Source of the DNA: Podarcis melisellensis
Lineage: Eukaryota
Reading direction: 5' to 3' (one strand)
NCBI GenBank assembly: GCA_964234715.1
Contig: OZ174286.1
DNA: 64,000 nucleotides
The notes beneath the pieces were generated by a model, which saw only the letters and a list, made by a program, of their open reading frames with translations, had not been told where the DNA came from and did no database searches. Positions 41,790 to 53,241 of the stretch are shown here, piece by piece (within the stretch, counting starts at the first letter, position 1; every line of letters begins with the position of its first letter). The position numbers and the translations under genes were made by a program.

Positions 41790-42610
41790 TTGCACCGCCA
41801 AAACTACCCGTGCTTCCAACGCACCGATGCCCACACGAACAGGCAGCGGCGCTCCAAGGTTTCTTTCCCGAGCTCTGCCTGGAGATTGCAGGGGCTGAAC
41901 CCCGGGACCTTTCGCTCCCTGACCCTGGACCACCGCGCGAGGAGGTTACAGCTGTTCAAGGCCCACCCGCCTGCCCCGACCCCGAGTGGGGCTTCGGCGC
42001 TACTTACCAGACGCATCCGCGGCCTCTCCGGCACCGGAGCCAATGCGCTGCTCTTGCCCGGCTGCCCCGTCTTCTTGCAAGCCGTGCTCCACCTCTGCAT
42101 CCCGTAGCTCCGAGCTGCCCGCCGCGCTGAATCTCCGCAACCCCAGCGAGCCCGCGCGCCAAGGAACGCGGGGAGCCGCCGCCGCTGCCTCCCGCAACCC
42201 GCTGCTTCCTCCTCCTCCTCCCGCGGCTTGCCAAGACCTCAGCCTCAGCAGCGCCCGCAAGCAGCGGCTGCTCCGCCACATGGCAGGCGGTCGGTTCCCG
42301 AGGAGGAACCCCGACGTTCTTCGGATGGAACTTACGAACACTCAACGTTCCAAATGGAATCTCTCCGGGAAACTCCCCCTCTCCTCGGCGCGCCGGATGA
42401 CGCGAGTGCCGACGCCGCTGCCGATTGGCTGCGCGCTTCTTCACATGAAAGCCGGGGGGGGGGTCGGTGAGCGCAGGCGCAGAAGCTTTTCGGGAAGCCG
42501 CTGCAGGAGTAGCGGGGGTGAGGCTGAGCTTTCGGAGCGCCTTGGTTTCGCCACGGCGCGGCGCGCTCCTTCCCGAGAACCTGCTCCGTTTTCGCCCTGC
42601 CCTGGAGACT
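41790..42610. promoter_or_regulatory. CpG island / MALSU1 promoter with CCAAT box, E-box and NRF1-type site
   Basis: Very high GC and CpG content. Minus strand: AGCCAATCGG (42421-42430), TCATGTGA (42441-42448), TGCGCCTGCGC (42471-42481). Confidence 0.85.
42008..42281 (-). CDS. MALSU1: MALSU1 exon 1 (274 bp; MWRSSRCLRALLRLRSWQAAGGGGG...AADAS; Arg-rich mitochondrial presequence)
   Basis: Kozak GCCTGCCATG; donor TCTG|gtaagt; phase 1 matches exon 2. Total CDS 693 nt = 230 aa. Confidence 0.9.
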
Positions 42611-43210
42611 GTGGAACAGTTGATTGAAAACACAAGCCAGCTAAGAAAGTTTGGTAGCTGCCCTGAAGACCAACGATGCAGCTGATGAAATGGATTCCAG
42701 CCCACAAAACTTTGTGCATTCATCAACTTGCTGGTCTTAATGGGGCTTAACGAGAGTCTCGGCTCCTCCTTGGAAATCGAGTTTCTTAAGGCTCTTAATC
42801 TCAGGGTCGTGAGTTAGAGCCCCAACTCTACAATTCTGTGATTTTCAGGTGAAGGAAGTGGACTTCGTGAAAGCCGGGTACCCTAAGGACCAACTTTTTC
42901 CATTCGTTCCTTCTGCTAATCTCCAGTCATCATCCAATGCCTTGCTCTAAAATGTGAGAGGAGCCCAGCATCATGAGCTCACAGCGGTCAACGTAATGCC
43001 TATGGGAAGCCTGTGAATAGGACATGAGCACAAGGGCCATGTTTTTATTGTGTAGCACGCACCTATATACAACTAAGTCAGATGTTCAAGGCTGAGGTGT
43101 TAACTGGTCATAATGGAATAAAGAATAAAGTAATAAAACCCAGGTGCACAGTTTTTGAAAATCCAAAAGAGGAAATTTCCATTTTGCAGAGCACTATTTT
43201 CAAGCTTAGA

Positions 43211-43559
43211 GGGACTCAGGTGGCGCTGTGGGTTAAACCACAGAGCCTAGGATTTGCCGATCAGAAGGTTGGCAGTTTGAATCCCTATGACAGGGTGAGC
43301 TCCCGTTGCTCGGTCCCTGCTCCTGCCAACCTAGCAGTTTGAAAGCATGTCAAAGTGCCAGTAGATAAATAGGTACCGCTCCGGCAGGAAGGTAAATGGC
43401 ATTTCTGTGCGCTGCTCTGGTTCACCAGAAGCGGCTTAGTCATGCTAGTCACATGACCTGGAAGCTGTACACCGGCTCCCTTGGCCAATAAAGCGAGATG
43501 AGCACCACAACCCAAGAGTCGGCCACGACTGGACCTAATGGTCAGGGGTCCCTTTACCT
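43211..43559 (+). mobile_element. Full-length Sauria-type SINE (second subfamily)
   Basis: GGGACTCAGGTGGCGCTGTGGGTTAAACCACAGAGCC head, CCTTTACCT tail, TSD TATTTTCAAGCTTA. Confidence 0.92.
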
Positions 43560-44195
43560 TATTTTCAAGCTTAAATTTTCCATAAAGCACTTTAGATACA
43601 TGATAATCCTACGATGCTAACACTGTATTGAATTATGTCAACCCACACACAACTCCCAACAGAGGATAAAACCTCATACAACTGATTAATTTCCAGTATC
43701 TTTAGAGGGGTAGCCCTCTTAAGCCAATGTTTTATTGGTTTCTATGATAAAATGGCATCAACTCCAACAAAAGTAAGGTGTTGCATGCGTACATCAGTCA
43801 TGTGGGGTGTGTGGAATTGAGCAGGGACATTGTTAAAGAACTGAATCATTGAATGCATTGCCAGGGCTTCAACTATCTGTGACATAGCCTGTCTATAAGT
43901 AAGTGTGAGTGATATGAGGGCTAATATTAACATCACTCCTGTTTACACACAGCTGATATATGGGAACCAAAATCACCCTGATTCTTTTGGCCTCTAACAA
44001 CACTTCTTTATTGTGTTAAATGCACAGAAGGAGCCAGATCCCAAACTTTCCCTTGCCATCCCCATCAGAGATCTTTCCAATGGAAGCAACCTATGAACAG
44101 GCAGCAGTAAGCAGCATGGTACCTTATGTTAATGGGGGGAGGGGAGTCAAGTGACAAAAAGGCTGGAGCAGGGCCTGTGGCACCTGAGACCAACA

Positions 44196-44276
44196 TATCT
44201 CAGTTGGTAGAGCATAAGACTCTTAATCTCAGGGTTGTGAGTTCAAGCCCCATATTGGGCAAAAGATTCCTGCATT
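44196..44276 (+). mobile_element. tRNA-Lys(CTT)-derived SINE head / tRNA pseudogene
   Basis: CTCAGTTGGTAGAGCATAAGACTCTTAATCTCAGGGTTGTGAGTTCAAGCCCCATATTGGGC resembles tRNA-Lys-CTT with CpG decay and a broken acceptor stem, and runs into ATTCCTGCATT. A related fragment with a CR1 tail is at ~42790-42843. Confidence 0.75.
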
Positions 44277-47200
44277 TGTAGCACATGAAGAGGCCCTGTG
44301 TAGAGAATAGAAGTCCTTTGATATGTATATTACTTCTTACCCATTGAGAAGTGGGGGGAAAGGCAAAAGAATTCACAAAAGCAGATTGTCTTCAGACAGG
44401 GATTGATATAGAGCATTTTGGTCTTGGAAAATATAGCAAAGGACTTTAATAAAATCAGAACAATATATTAGATAAAATCAGTACCTTTATTGAGAGTTGC
44501 AAGAGGAAAAGACAGAAAACATACATTTTCTCTTCGCAAGGAACCTGTAAGATTTTGCAAGGATCTCCATAGACTAAAATATCAAACATACTACATTTCT
44601 AAGTCATGCCAGGAATTGGTAGGTTATAAAAGACAGAACCCAAACTATAATAGTGTAGCTTTCTACTCCAGCTTAACAGAGTTGCAATAAGTGGGGCAAA
44701 TCATTCTTATTGTTTCTTGTCTCAGACTGAAATAGTGATGTTTCAGTGTAAGGCAAGACGCATTCAACTTACAATTTCTTCCATGACATTAAAACTATAA
44801 TCATTTACACTTCCTCCTCTTCCTAGCCTTTTGTATAAAAGTATGTGCACTTGTAAAAGATAGAAAAATAAAAGTTGATAATACTAATTCATACTTCCAA
44901 ACCTTTAAAATATACTTATCCTGTAAAGCTTGTAGACCCATCATACTATATTAAGACTGCACACTTATCAGGGAGTATGCCCCATTTAATTAAGTGGGAC
45001 TTCTGATCTGAGCAGACATATATAGGAGTGCACTATATGTGGCATTTTAATTTCAGTGGGGCTACCTCTGTTTAGAACCAGCATTGGGTCATGTAGACTT
45101 TACACAGCTAAACTGTCCTTTGCAATACTGCAGATTTATTGAACAACATGCAGGTAAACATTCGTCCAGCATTCCAGTTCCGTGCCATTAGTAATTTAGG
45201 AGCAGTAATACTTAACACTTCTATAGCATGCTTTCAAGTCTTCAAAAGCATTTAGCATGTGTTATATAGCTGCATTTTGAACACAACCTTGTAAGCCACT
45301 ATGTTGCTTCAAGCTACTTAATGAGTTCATTGCAAAAGAGATGGTGCAAACCAGGGTCTTCCAGATTCACAGCTCAGTCTCTTGCCACTGTGCTGACCTA
45401 CTAGTTAGTAAAAAATGTTTACACTAGTGTTGTGGCATACCAGTCATGTGCTGCAAAACAGCAGTTGTGTGGGATGAAAACATTAATTCACCATTGTTAA
45501 ACTTAAATTGCCCGCATGACTATACTCTTAAGATCACATAACATCCACAGCGCCATGATAACTACACCGTTATTAAAGTTACAGGAGAACTGTGCTTCTT
45601 GGCATCTAGAGCTCACTGTGCCTATTTCCGCAGGGAAAACATCGCTATCAAAGAGGACACTACCTTGCCTATATCATAAACACCACTGCAAAGATTAAAC
45701 TGGTTGGGAACAGGTGCTGAGAGGCAGTGCAAAGTGATTGCGTCCAACTTTGGGTGCTATTGCCATGTTTTTAACACCTGGAAATATTGTGAGATGGGAA
45801 AGGGAAGGGGGAAAGGACTCATATTTTTGGTCCTCCTTTCTTCTTCCCTGTCCCATCTCAATGAGAAGAGGGGAAGCAGACAAAGGAATAAAGAAAAAGC
45901 TTTCCCTCTTCCTTCTGGCCTGAAGTTCCCAAATCCATCAACAACCTTTGTGAGCTCCCTTCATCCCAGTAGTTGAGATGAGGGCTTGGCCTCAGATATA
46001 AAATGTCTTCAGCAGCCCTGTGTGGACATGAGTGGAGCAAAGTATTCTACACAATCTGCAGGATCAGGCAGATACCTAAGCAGCCAAATAACTGCGAATC
46101 AAAATAAAGCAGATTTATACTGAACAGATTTAATCAAAAGCCCTTTGTGCATTTTCCAGAAAGGCAGGCAGATAGTTCCACATAATTTTCTTTAGTGGAA
46201 TAAGCTGTAAGATGCAGAAAGTTCTGAAGCCAACCATATAAATTTATATGGTTGGCTTCAGAACTCCCTGCATTATAAATGGCATATTGCAAAACAGTAT
46301 TTCATAAATCCTACTGTGCCTATTGTGCTACCCTCCTTGCTGCAGTTTTCAGCCAAATATATTGCTTATTTTCAAAGTCTGCGTATTTCCAGCATTGCTA
46401 AACTCAGATTATGTAGTACTAGAATCAACTTGTCCTGTGTGCCAGTGTGAGTTTTCCAACTAGATGGATAGCACAACATAATTATTGCATAAAAGCAAGC
46501 AGCACCAGGGAAGCCTTGCTTTGTCCTCTGGTTTCAGACTGAAATCATGCAAATATATCTTTGTGCTAGGGCGCATTTCTAAGAGAACATCTCACACTTT
46601 CCGCTGAGTGCTTTGCCATGAAACCACAGGTGTTCAGGAAAGCTGTCTAGTAAAAAAACCAACCACCATAGAGCCGTGTAGGATCACTCCATGTCAACAC
46701 CACATGGCATATTCTGCTGAACAGAGATGTGGGGACTAGTGTGGCCTAAAGACCTAGGAGCATGTAGACTACTCAAAAACAGTCCCACACAAACACATCC
46801 CAAGGAAGCAGAGCCATGGATATTTCAGTGCACATTGCCTTCTGCTCCTTTGGGTGCAGAATGTAGATCCTGCTCTCATTTATCTCAAGTATAAGGAATA
46901 TAGGAGGCAGAGGAAACAGAACCAAGAGTAGTTATGTAACTGCAAGTTGCTCAACTGGTGGAGAGTATATTGGGTATGTCTACTATTCATCTGAAGCCAT
47001 TGGGGTAAGTGATAGGACATGCTGATCATTTCTTAGGTACCTATTATAATTTTCAAAGCAGCCACATTATCACTAATTAGGGAACTAGGGAAATTCCCAT
47101 TTAACAGCATGATCCGCTGCATGTTTACCCCAAAGCAAGCTCCCTCAAGTTTGGTGGGACTTGACTTGCTAGGATTTCAGCCTAAGCTTAAATTATTTGG

Positions 47201-47281
47201 AGAAAATCATTCTGCCAAGAAGACACTTAGCGATACTCAGGAGGAGTAACTAGTCTAGGAAACCGCATCAACCTTAAATGA

Positions 47282-47287
47282 TTTATT
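47282..47287 (-). terminator. Candidate GPNMB polyadenylation signal
   Basis: First AATAAA I found on the minus strand after the stop codon, ~230 nt downstream. Confidence 0.45.
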
Positions 47288-47514
47288 AGCTAATATACCG
47301 TAGCAGATCCAAGAACATAAGCAAGCAAAATGTATGATCAATTTCTTCATGAGATGCCATTTTAACCTTTTAAGACAACACAACACCAGCCATTCTATTG
47401 TACTGCAACCTTACCACATAAATCCTGATTTTAACACTTAGGTATTCTTCCACTGAATGACAGTTCAATGCAAATCCCCAAATGCATACAAACATAAGTG
47501 ATCATACTGAAGAG

Positions 47515-47668
47515 TTAAACAATTCCTGGCTTATTTTTCAGCAGAGGATGTTTCTCATTGTTTGCCGGGAAGAGGACAGCCTTGACATTGTTGAAATAAA
47601 CACTCAGTCCTTCATTACTGGCCTCGTCTCCAGTTTTTCTTTCAATAGGCTTGTATTCTTTATATCTC
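47515..47668 (-). CDS. GPNMB: GPNMB exon 11 (cytoplasmic tail RYKEYKPIERKTGDEASNEGLSVYFNNVKAVLFPANNEKHPLLKNKPGIV*)
   Basis: cag|GAGATAT...GTTTAA; hemITAM-type YxxI (YKPI) and dileucine EKHPLL. Confidence 0.93.
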
Positions 47669-48282
47669 CTGGAAGGAATTTTCAAAATTAATTTGCTGAA
47701 AAGTATTCCCTTGGTGGTGCATTGCTATGCCAGTACTGTGGCTGGGATGAGAACAAACAAAACAAGCCACTTGATTCTCCTGTACAAAATGTTGTTGCCC
47801 AGGTCAGTATTTTGAAAAATTCTATGGCATGTGCAAGAGCTTCTTGCCAGGGAATAAACTGGTCAATGTGTGTGTATAAAAAAAATCTATTTGGTGCTTA
47901 GAAAGACTTGTGTTTCTCACCCATCAACAAACTACTCTGCAAATACTTTCCGTAGGCTAAACTATGAAGGAGAAAAATTGTATTTGGTGTTGTTGTTCTG
48001 TAACCCCCTTTTTTTAAGCGATCCAATATGATGCAGTGGTTAGAGCGTCAGATTAGGACAAGGAGTGGAGATGGGATTCATTTTGGTAATTCACACTTCT
48101 CAAAATAATGCATGAACCAAAGGCACACAATTTTGTTGGGGGCACGAACCAAGCGCCCACATGCAGGGATCCCCTTCCCACCCTGCACGCTGCCAGGAGT
48201 CTCTGGGCCCTGGAGACCAGCCTGGCCTCACCACCAGATCCCAGGCCCCCTTGCTGAATGGCCTTCCAGCCAGTGTCAGAGG

Positions 48283-48371
48283 CATAGCTGTCAACTTTCC
48301 CCTTTTCTTCTGAGGAATCCCATTCAAATAAGGGAATTTCCTTTTAAAAAAGGGAAACGTTGACAGCTATG
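48283..48371. mobile_element. 89-bp hAT-type mini-MITE
   Basis: TIRs CATAGCTGTCAAC / GTTGACAGCTATG; perfect 8-bp TSD GTCAGAGG. Confidence 0.88.
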
Positions 48372-48956
48372 GTCAGAGGGATTCACCCACCAAGGGCCAC
48401 GTTGGCCAACCAGTTTCCCCCTAGCATAGGTGGGCAAGTGGCATTTTTGCGACTCCAGTAGCAAGGACTGGGCCCTGTGGCAGGCTCTGTGAACCCTCCG
48501 CGCTCTGCCCCCACCCAGCGTGCCCACCTGGCAGCATTGCTGGCACAGCAGGTTCTATTCACCCTCTGCACTGTGCCCCTGCCCCCACCCGGTGCACACA
48601 TACACACACACCACGGGTGCCAACAAATACCACAATGCCACCAGAAGGTGGACCTCAGCTGCCAAGGTCAAGAAGGGAGTGTTGCCCACACCACAATGTA
48701 TCCCTAATATGTTATACCTTTATGCAAGCTGCATATGGTATCCAATATTGGCTTTAGAGCAGGGTATAATTTATACATGGATAAAACAAAACTAAATCAG
48801 TACTCTTGCAGGAATCTTCTTCCAAGGTAACACTGGTTTCTTCTCAGATCGTATAACTGGGCAATCTGTTTTGTTCCTTGTGAACATTGAAAATTGTGAG
48901 AGTGTTGAAGATCGTAAAAAAGACACTGTTTTTAAGGTCTGGGCTGAGAAACTTAC

Positions 48957-49044
48957 TTGTAAAGGAAAAAAGTCGCGACAGCAACAAACACCACCAAGAA
49001 ACCGCAAGCGAGCAGAACTCCTTCTGCTGTCCTTGAAAATGACC
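48957..49044 (-). CDS. GPNMB: GPNMB exon 10 (88 bp; transmembrane GSFSRTAEGVLLACGFLVVFVAVATFFLYK)
   Basis: cag|GGTCAT...CTTTACAA|gtaagt; hydrophobic segment; phases 1 and 2 fit the neighbouring exons. Confidence 0.92.
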
Positions 49045-49448
49045 CTGCAGCTTGAATGACAAAGTTAAAGGCCATAATGTTAGTTCACACTCCTTAACTT
49101 GGAGGTCAGTACTCTTATAGCAGCCTTTGCTAACCTGGTGTCATGCAGATATTTTGGGCTACAACTAGCATGATGGTGCTGGCAGGGGCTGAGGGGATTT
49201 GTAGTTCAAAACATCAGGAAGGCACCACCTTGACAAAGACTGCCTTATGGCATAAAATATCTCCACAGTCAATATGTGCCTGATGCTACCACTGACACTG
49301 GACATCATTGCAGCTGATGGGAACTGCTGTAGACACCACACACATTCTTTGTTGAAATGGAAAAATGGTGCCTGTCTTACTCCAGACCTGCCCAAATAAT
49401 TTTGTGCCCCCTTCCAAGTCACAGTACCTTAGTTCATCCAAGTCGTAA

Positions 49449-49823
49449 GGAGCAGGTGGCACTGTGGTCTAAACCACTGAGCCTCTTGGGCTTGCCGATC
49501 AGAAAGTCGGCAGTTCGAATCTGCGCAACAGGTGAGCTCCCATTGCTCTGCCCCAGCTCCTGCCAACCTAGCAGTTCAAAAGCATACCAACACAAGTAGA
49601 TAAATAGGTACCACTGCATCGGGAACATAAACTGCATTTCCGTGCACTCTGGCACTCATCACGGTGTTCCGTGGCACCAGAAGCAGTTTCGTCATGCTGG
49701 CCACATGACTTGGAAAGCTGTCTGCAGACAAACGCCAGTTCCCTCAGCCTGAAGTGAGATGAGAACCACACCCCATAGTTGCCTTTAACTGGACTTAACT
49801 GTCCAGGGCTCCTTTACCTTTAC
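49449..49823 (+). mobile_element. Sauria-type SINE (more diverged)
   Basis: GGAGCAGGTGGCACTGTGGTCTAAACC...GCCAACCTAGCAGTTC...CCTTTACCTTTAC. Confidence 0.88.
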
Positions 49824-50174
49824 ACAGCCAAGTGTTTTGGCCACTGAGACTGAAGATCCCACAAGCACCTCTCTCTCCTTGGTTATATAGTTGCAATAAT
49901 AATACATTAAATAACAAAGCATTTCCTGATCTTTCAGGGCATCCACAATTAGTTGCCTGAGGCGGCCACCTGACTAACGTTAGGGCCGGCCCTGCATGTG
50001 ACACCAATCCTGCACTCTTGTCAATGCAACTGCACAGTCCTAACCTTGCCACTGCCTGCTTCCATCCTGTCCTGACAACCAGCAGCTATGGGAGTGTTGG
50101 GAGACAACTCCACCACGCTTCATGAGCCACAAGGTGCTGACTGCAAATGAATGCAGATGTTCAGTAGGACTCAC

Positions 50175-50377
50175 CTCCATTGATGGATATCAAAGTGCTT
50201 GTGAGAGCCAGGCTCGCTGCATCACCCAGTGTAATGTTCACACAATAGGTTCCGGATTCGTTAAAGGTCCGTCTTATGGTCAGCAGGCACTCATCTATGT
50301 CAACAGGGTCACATGCCTCGCTCTGTAACACCTGGCAAGTGGGGTCAGCAATTATTGTGCAGGCATCTGTAGGAAGA
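50175..50377 (-). CDS. GPNMB: GPNMB exon 9 (203 bp; kringle-like domain LPTDACTIIADPTCQVLQSEACDPVDIDECLLTIRRTFNESGTYCVNITLGDAASLALTSTLISING)
   Basis: cag|TCTTCC...AATGGAG|gtgagt; PMEL/GPNMB cysteine pattern. Confidence 0.96.
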
Positions 50378-51085
50378 CTGGGGTGCGGAAAGAAAGAAAG
50401 ATGGATGGATGAAATTATGGACTTTTCATCAGTTTTCATTTCGCAGAAGTTTATCACATTTCTGTTCTGCTTTTCTGTGAAAGCTATGTTCAGATGGATT
50501 TATCTTAAAATATATATTTAAAACCAACACAATAAAAACCAGTAAAGTACAAAAATCAGGAACCAAATGAAAGCAACACCCAGAGGCTATCAAAACTCAG
50601 GAGTAAAAACTAGAGGCATTATTCGCCAAAGGCTAACAGAAAATAAAGGTCTTCTGTAATATTTAACAATTCACAAACCTTGGTGAACCAGCCTTTTTAT
50701 AAATCCTGATGCAAGGTTTTTATGTGAGCAGGGACACTGTTAGCTGTTTTAAGAACTTGGAGCATGGGCTCCTGATACAAATCTGTATAAAATTTGTACA
50801 TACTAATTTATCCCTATATATGCCTCTGGGAGACTAAGATGGTGAGTGGGTCTCACCAACACTGCCCTATAAGCACAGAGGGAAAGAGGCCAGAGATCTG
50901 GTGACTATCACAAAAGACCCGGAACTTCTGCTCCGTGGACCATCCTCAGCAATGCCACTTTATCAGCAAGAAGCTCAGTGAGCTACGATGAGTGCTGCTG
51001 CAACGGAACAACTTAAATGTCTGTAGTACTCCATGGTCTAAGTTTTACAAGAAGCAGAGTTATCAGAATTAATGAAAGCACTTAC

Positions 51086-51188
51086 CTCCCTTGACAGGTT
51101 ACCACAAAATCAACCATGGAGTTTTCAACCTGAGTAGTTGCTACCTGGACACTTGTCATTTGGATAATATTGACCCCAAGGATCCCCT
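51086..51188 (-). CDS. GPNMB: GPNMB exon 8 (103 bp; EGILGVNIIQMTSVQVATTQVENSMVDFVVTCQG)
   Basis: cag|AGGGGATC...CAAGGGAG|gtaagt. Confidence 0.95.
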
Positions 51189-52278
51189 CTGGTCGAAGAA
51201 ACAAATTGACAAAATGTCAGAATTGCTGAGACAAGAACTTTGACAGCAAAAATAAAAAAATAATCCCATTTGGAAATGTAGAGAATGAATTGCTTTAGAA
51301 TGATCTTAATTGGATCCGAAGGCTGTCTGCAAATGGAGCTCACCTACATTTTGTTGTAGTGGATACACAATTCAAAAGAGTGTAGAATAAATGCATTGCA
51401 GTTATTTTGTTTTGACCATTGTATTAGATTCCTGCTGTTCTTGAAATTAACATTTTCAGTTCTCCAGACACTTTGGGATGGTCCACATCAGAGTTTACTG
51501 TGTGTTTGCAACTGTTTGTGTTCCCATTTTATTTGCATATTCGACATGGTACTACCTTCACAACACCAGTCTAGATGCTTTCCCCTTGTGAATTCAGGCT
51601 TACCATACAAGGATAATCCAATAAACTGTGGGAATTCGGGCTGCAAGTGCTCCACTTGGGGTCACAGACTATTTGTTCCAGTGTTTTGGAGTGGGCAGAT
51701 CTATCATCAGTTTCTGCTGCTCCCCTTCGCACACCCACTAGTTCCTCCATACATTAATTTCTTCCCCAGCTATGCTTGTAACTGTTTCCAGAGTACTCCT
51801 GAACTATATTTCCCCACCTGCAATCCCTTTGATTTGCAGAAAACCAGAAATCTGCACAGGCAAACCACATTAGAATTTTCTGCGCTAGATATTGCAAAGT
51901 AAGTTATTCTGAAAAGTGGGTGCCGAGAATTTACAACTGCTTTAATATATTTCCCGGCTGATCTCTTCTACAGGATTTTCATAGCCATCTGTTTGGAATG
52001 GTAGCTTAAGCTTGCAGCCTTAAGCACTCCTAAATTAGATGCAAGTCCTGTTGAAACCAATGGGCTGTCAACAATATCATTGGAAGAAGGACTTCCTAGC
52101 CTGAGAAAACTACACCGCCAAAGAGGTGATGAGGAACAGCTGCATCAACGTCACAAAATGAGACAATAGCATTGCAGAGATGTTGGAGCAGTGGGTGTGT
52201 ATAGGGGACACCCAAGAAAGGCGGGGAGACTTCACAGACCATCTCCTAACCAAGAGAAAACATCTACAGGCGAGTATT

Positions 52279-52496
52279 GTGGGTCAAACCACAGAGCCTA
52301 GGACTTGCCGATTGGAAAGTCGGCGGTTCGAATCCCCATGACGGGGTCAGCTCCCGTTGCTCGGTCCCTGCTCCTGCCAACCTAGCAGTTCAAAAGCACG
52401 TCAAAGTGCAAGTAGATAAACAGGTACCGCTCAGGCGGGAAGGTAAACAGCGTTTCCGTGCGCTGCTCTGGTTCGCCAGAAGCGGCTTAGTCATGC
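52279..52496 (+). mobile_element. 3'-truncated Sauria-type SINE
   Basis: Matches the 5' two-thirds of the 43211 copy; B-box GGTTCGAATCCC. Confidence 0.88.
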
Positions 52497-52561
52497 CTCC
52501 TTCAGTTCACAGAAGGGAATTTTTGGATCCAACCCACAATGTCTGCTGCATGCAACTTGAC

Positions 52562-52651
52562 CATAGCTGTCAACATTTTCCCCTTTTTAAGGGAAATTCC
52601 CGTATTCCGAATAGGATTCCTCACAAGCAAAGGGAAAAATTGACAGCTATG
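52562..52651. mobile_element. 90-bp hAT-type mini-MITE (inverted relative to 48283-48371)
   Basis: TIRs CATAGCTGTCAA / TTGACAGCTATG; TSD AACTTGAC/AACCTGAC. Confidence 0.88.
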
Positions 52652-53109
52652 AACCTGACCTGCAAAAATAAGATATTGTCAACAGTGGAGACTGGTCCAT
52701 TAGGACAACTGGGGCACTGCCCCACCAACCTCAGTCTGCCTTCAGCCAGACCTCACCTCCCTGGCTATGTTGGCTCACACCTTCCTCCTCCTTAGTCCTA
52801 GTGTTGCTCCTGTATAACTCAACAGGGAGGAGGATGGGGATAAAAGCAGAATGGGTTCATTCTGCCTGTCCTTGGCTCTGGCTCCATCTACAGTTGGCCT
52901 CCTGGCCTTCTGCCCCGCCAGCTACCACTAGTTGCCAGCTATTGATATTCTTTATTGGTACTCTTCCGAAATTTCTTTCTTGAGCAAAACAGCAGCCAGC
53001 CAGCAAGAGCAGCTTCAGAACAGCCACTTTAATGACACGCACAAGTTCAAATGAATTCCCTTTATTACCTATCAAACCACATTATTTTCTTACAGATGTA
53101 GATGCATAC

Positions 53110-53241
53110 CTGCAATGAAGAGAGATGCTTTATAAGGTCCAGATCGAGCAATATGGCATCCTTCAACAGGAGACTGTCCTGTTGGCACCTCTGTTAAACT
53201 ATTGAAGCTGGGAGTTACATTCGAAGGCAGCGGGGTAGTTA
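53110..53241 (-). CDS. GPNMB: GPNMB exon 7 (132 bp; VTTPLPSNVTPSFNSLTEVPTGQSPVEGCHIARSGPYKASLFIA)
   Basis: cag|TAACTACC...ATTGCAG|gtatgc; C-x-I-x-R-x-G motif; phase 1 at both ends. Confidence 0.88.

Noticed and set aside
41771-42726. Long overlapping ORFs (213 aa on +, 240 aa on -, and others)
   Set aside because: They lie in the GC-rich CpG island where stops are rare. Only the frame starting MWRSSR has a Kozak ATG and a donor in phase with MALSU1 exon 2.
44196-44262. Apparent tRNA-Lys(CTT) gene
   Set aside because: The 5' acceptor stem is broken, the T-loop is mutated (GAGTTCAAG), CpGs have decayed and the sequence continues into a SINE body.
51396-51902. 168-aa plus-strand ORF, and a possible minus-strand extra exon (~51604-51817) in GPNMB intron 7
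   Set aside because: No recognisable domain. The minus-strand candidate has a poor pyrimidine tract and an in-frame TAG, and exons 7 and 8 already join in frame.
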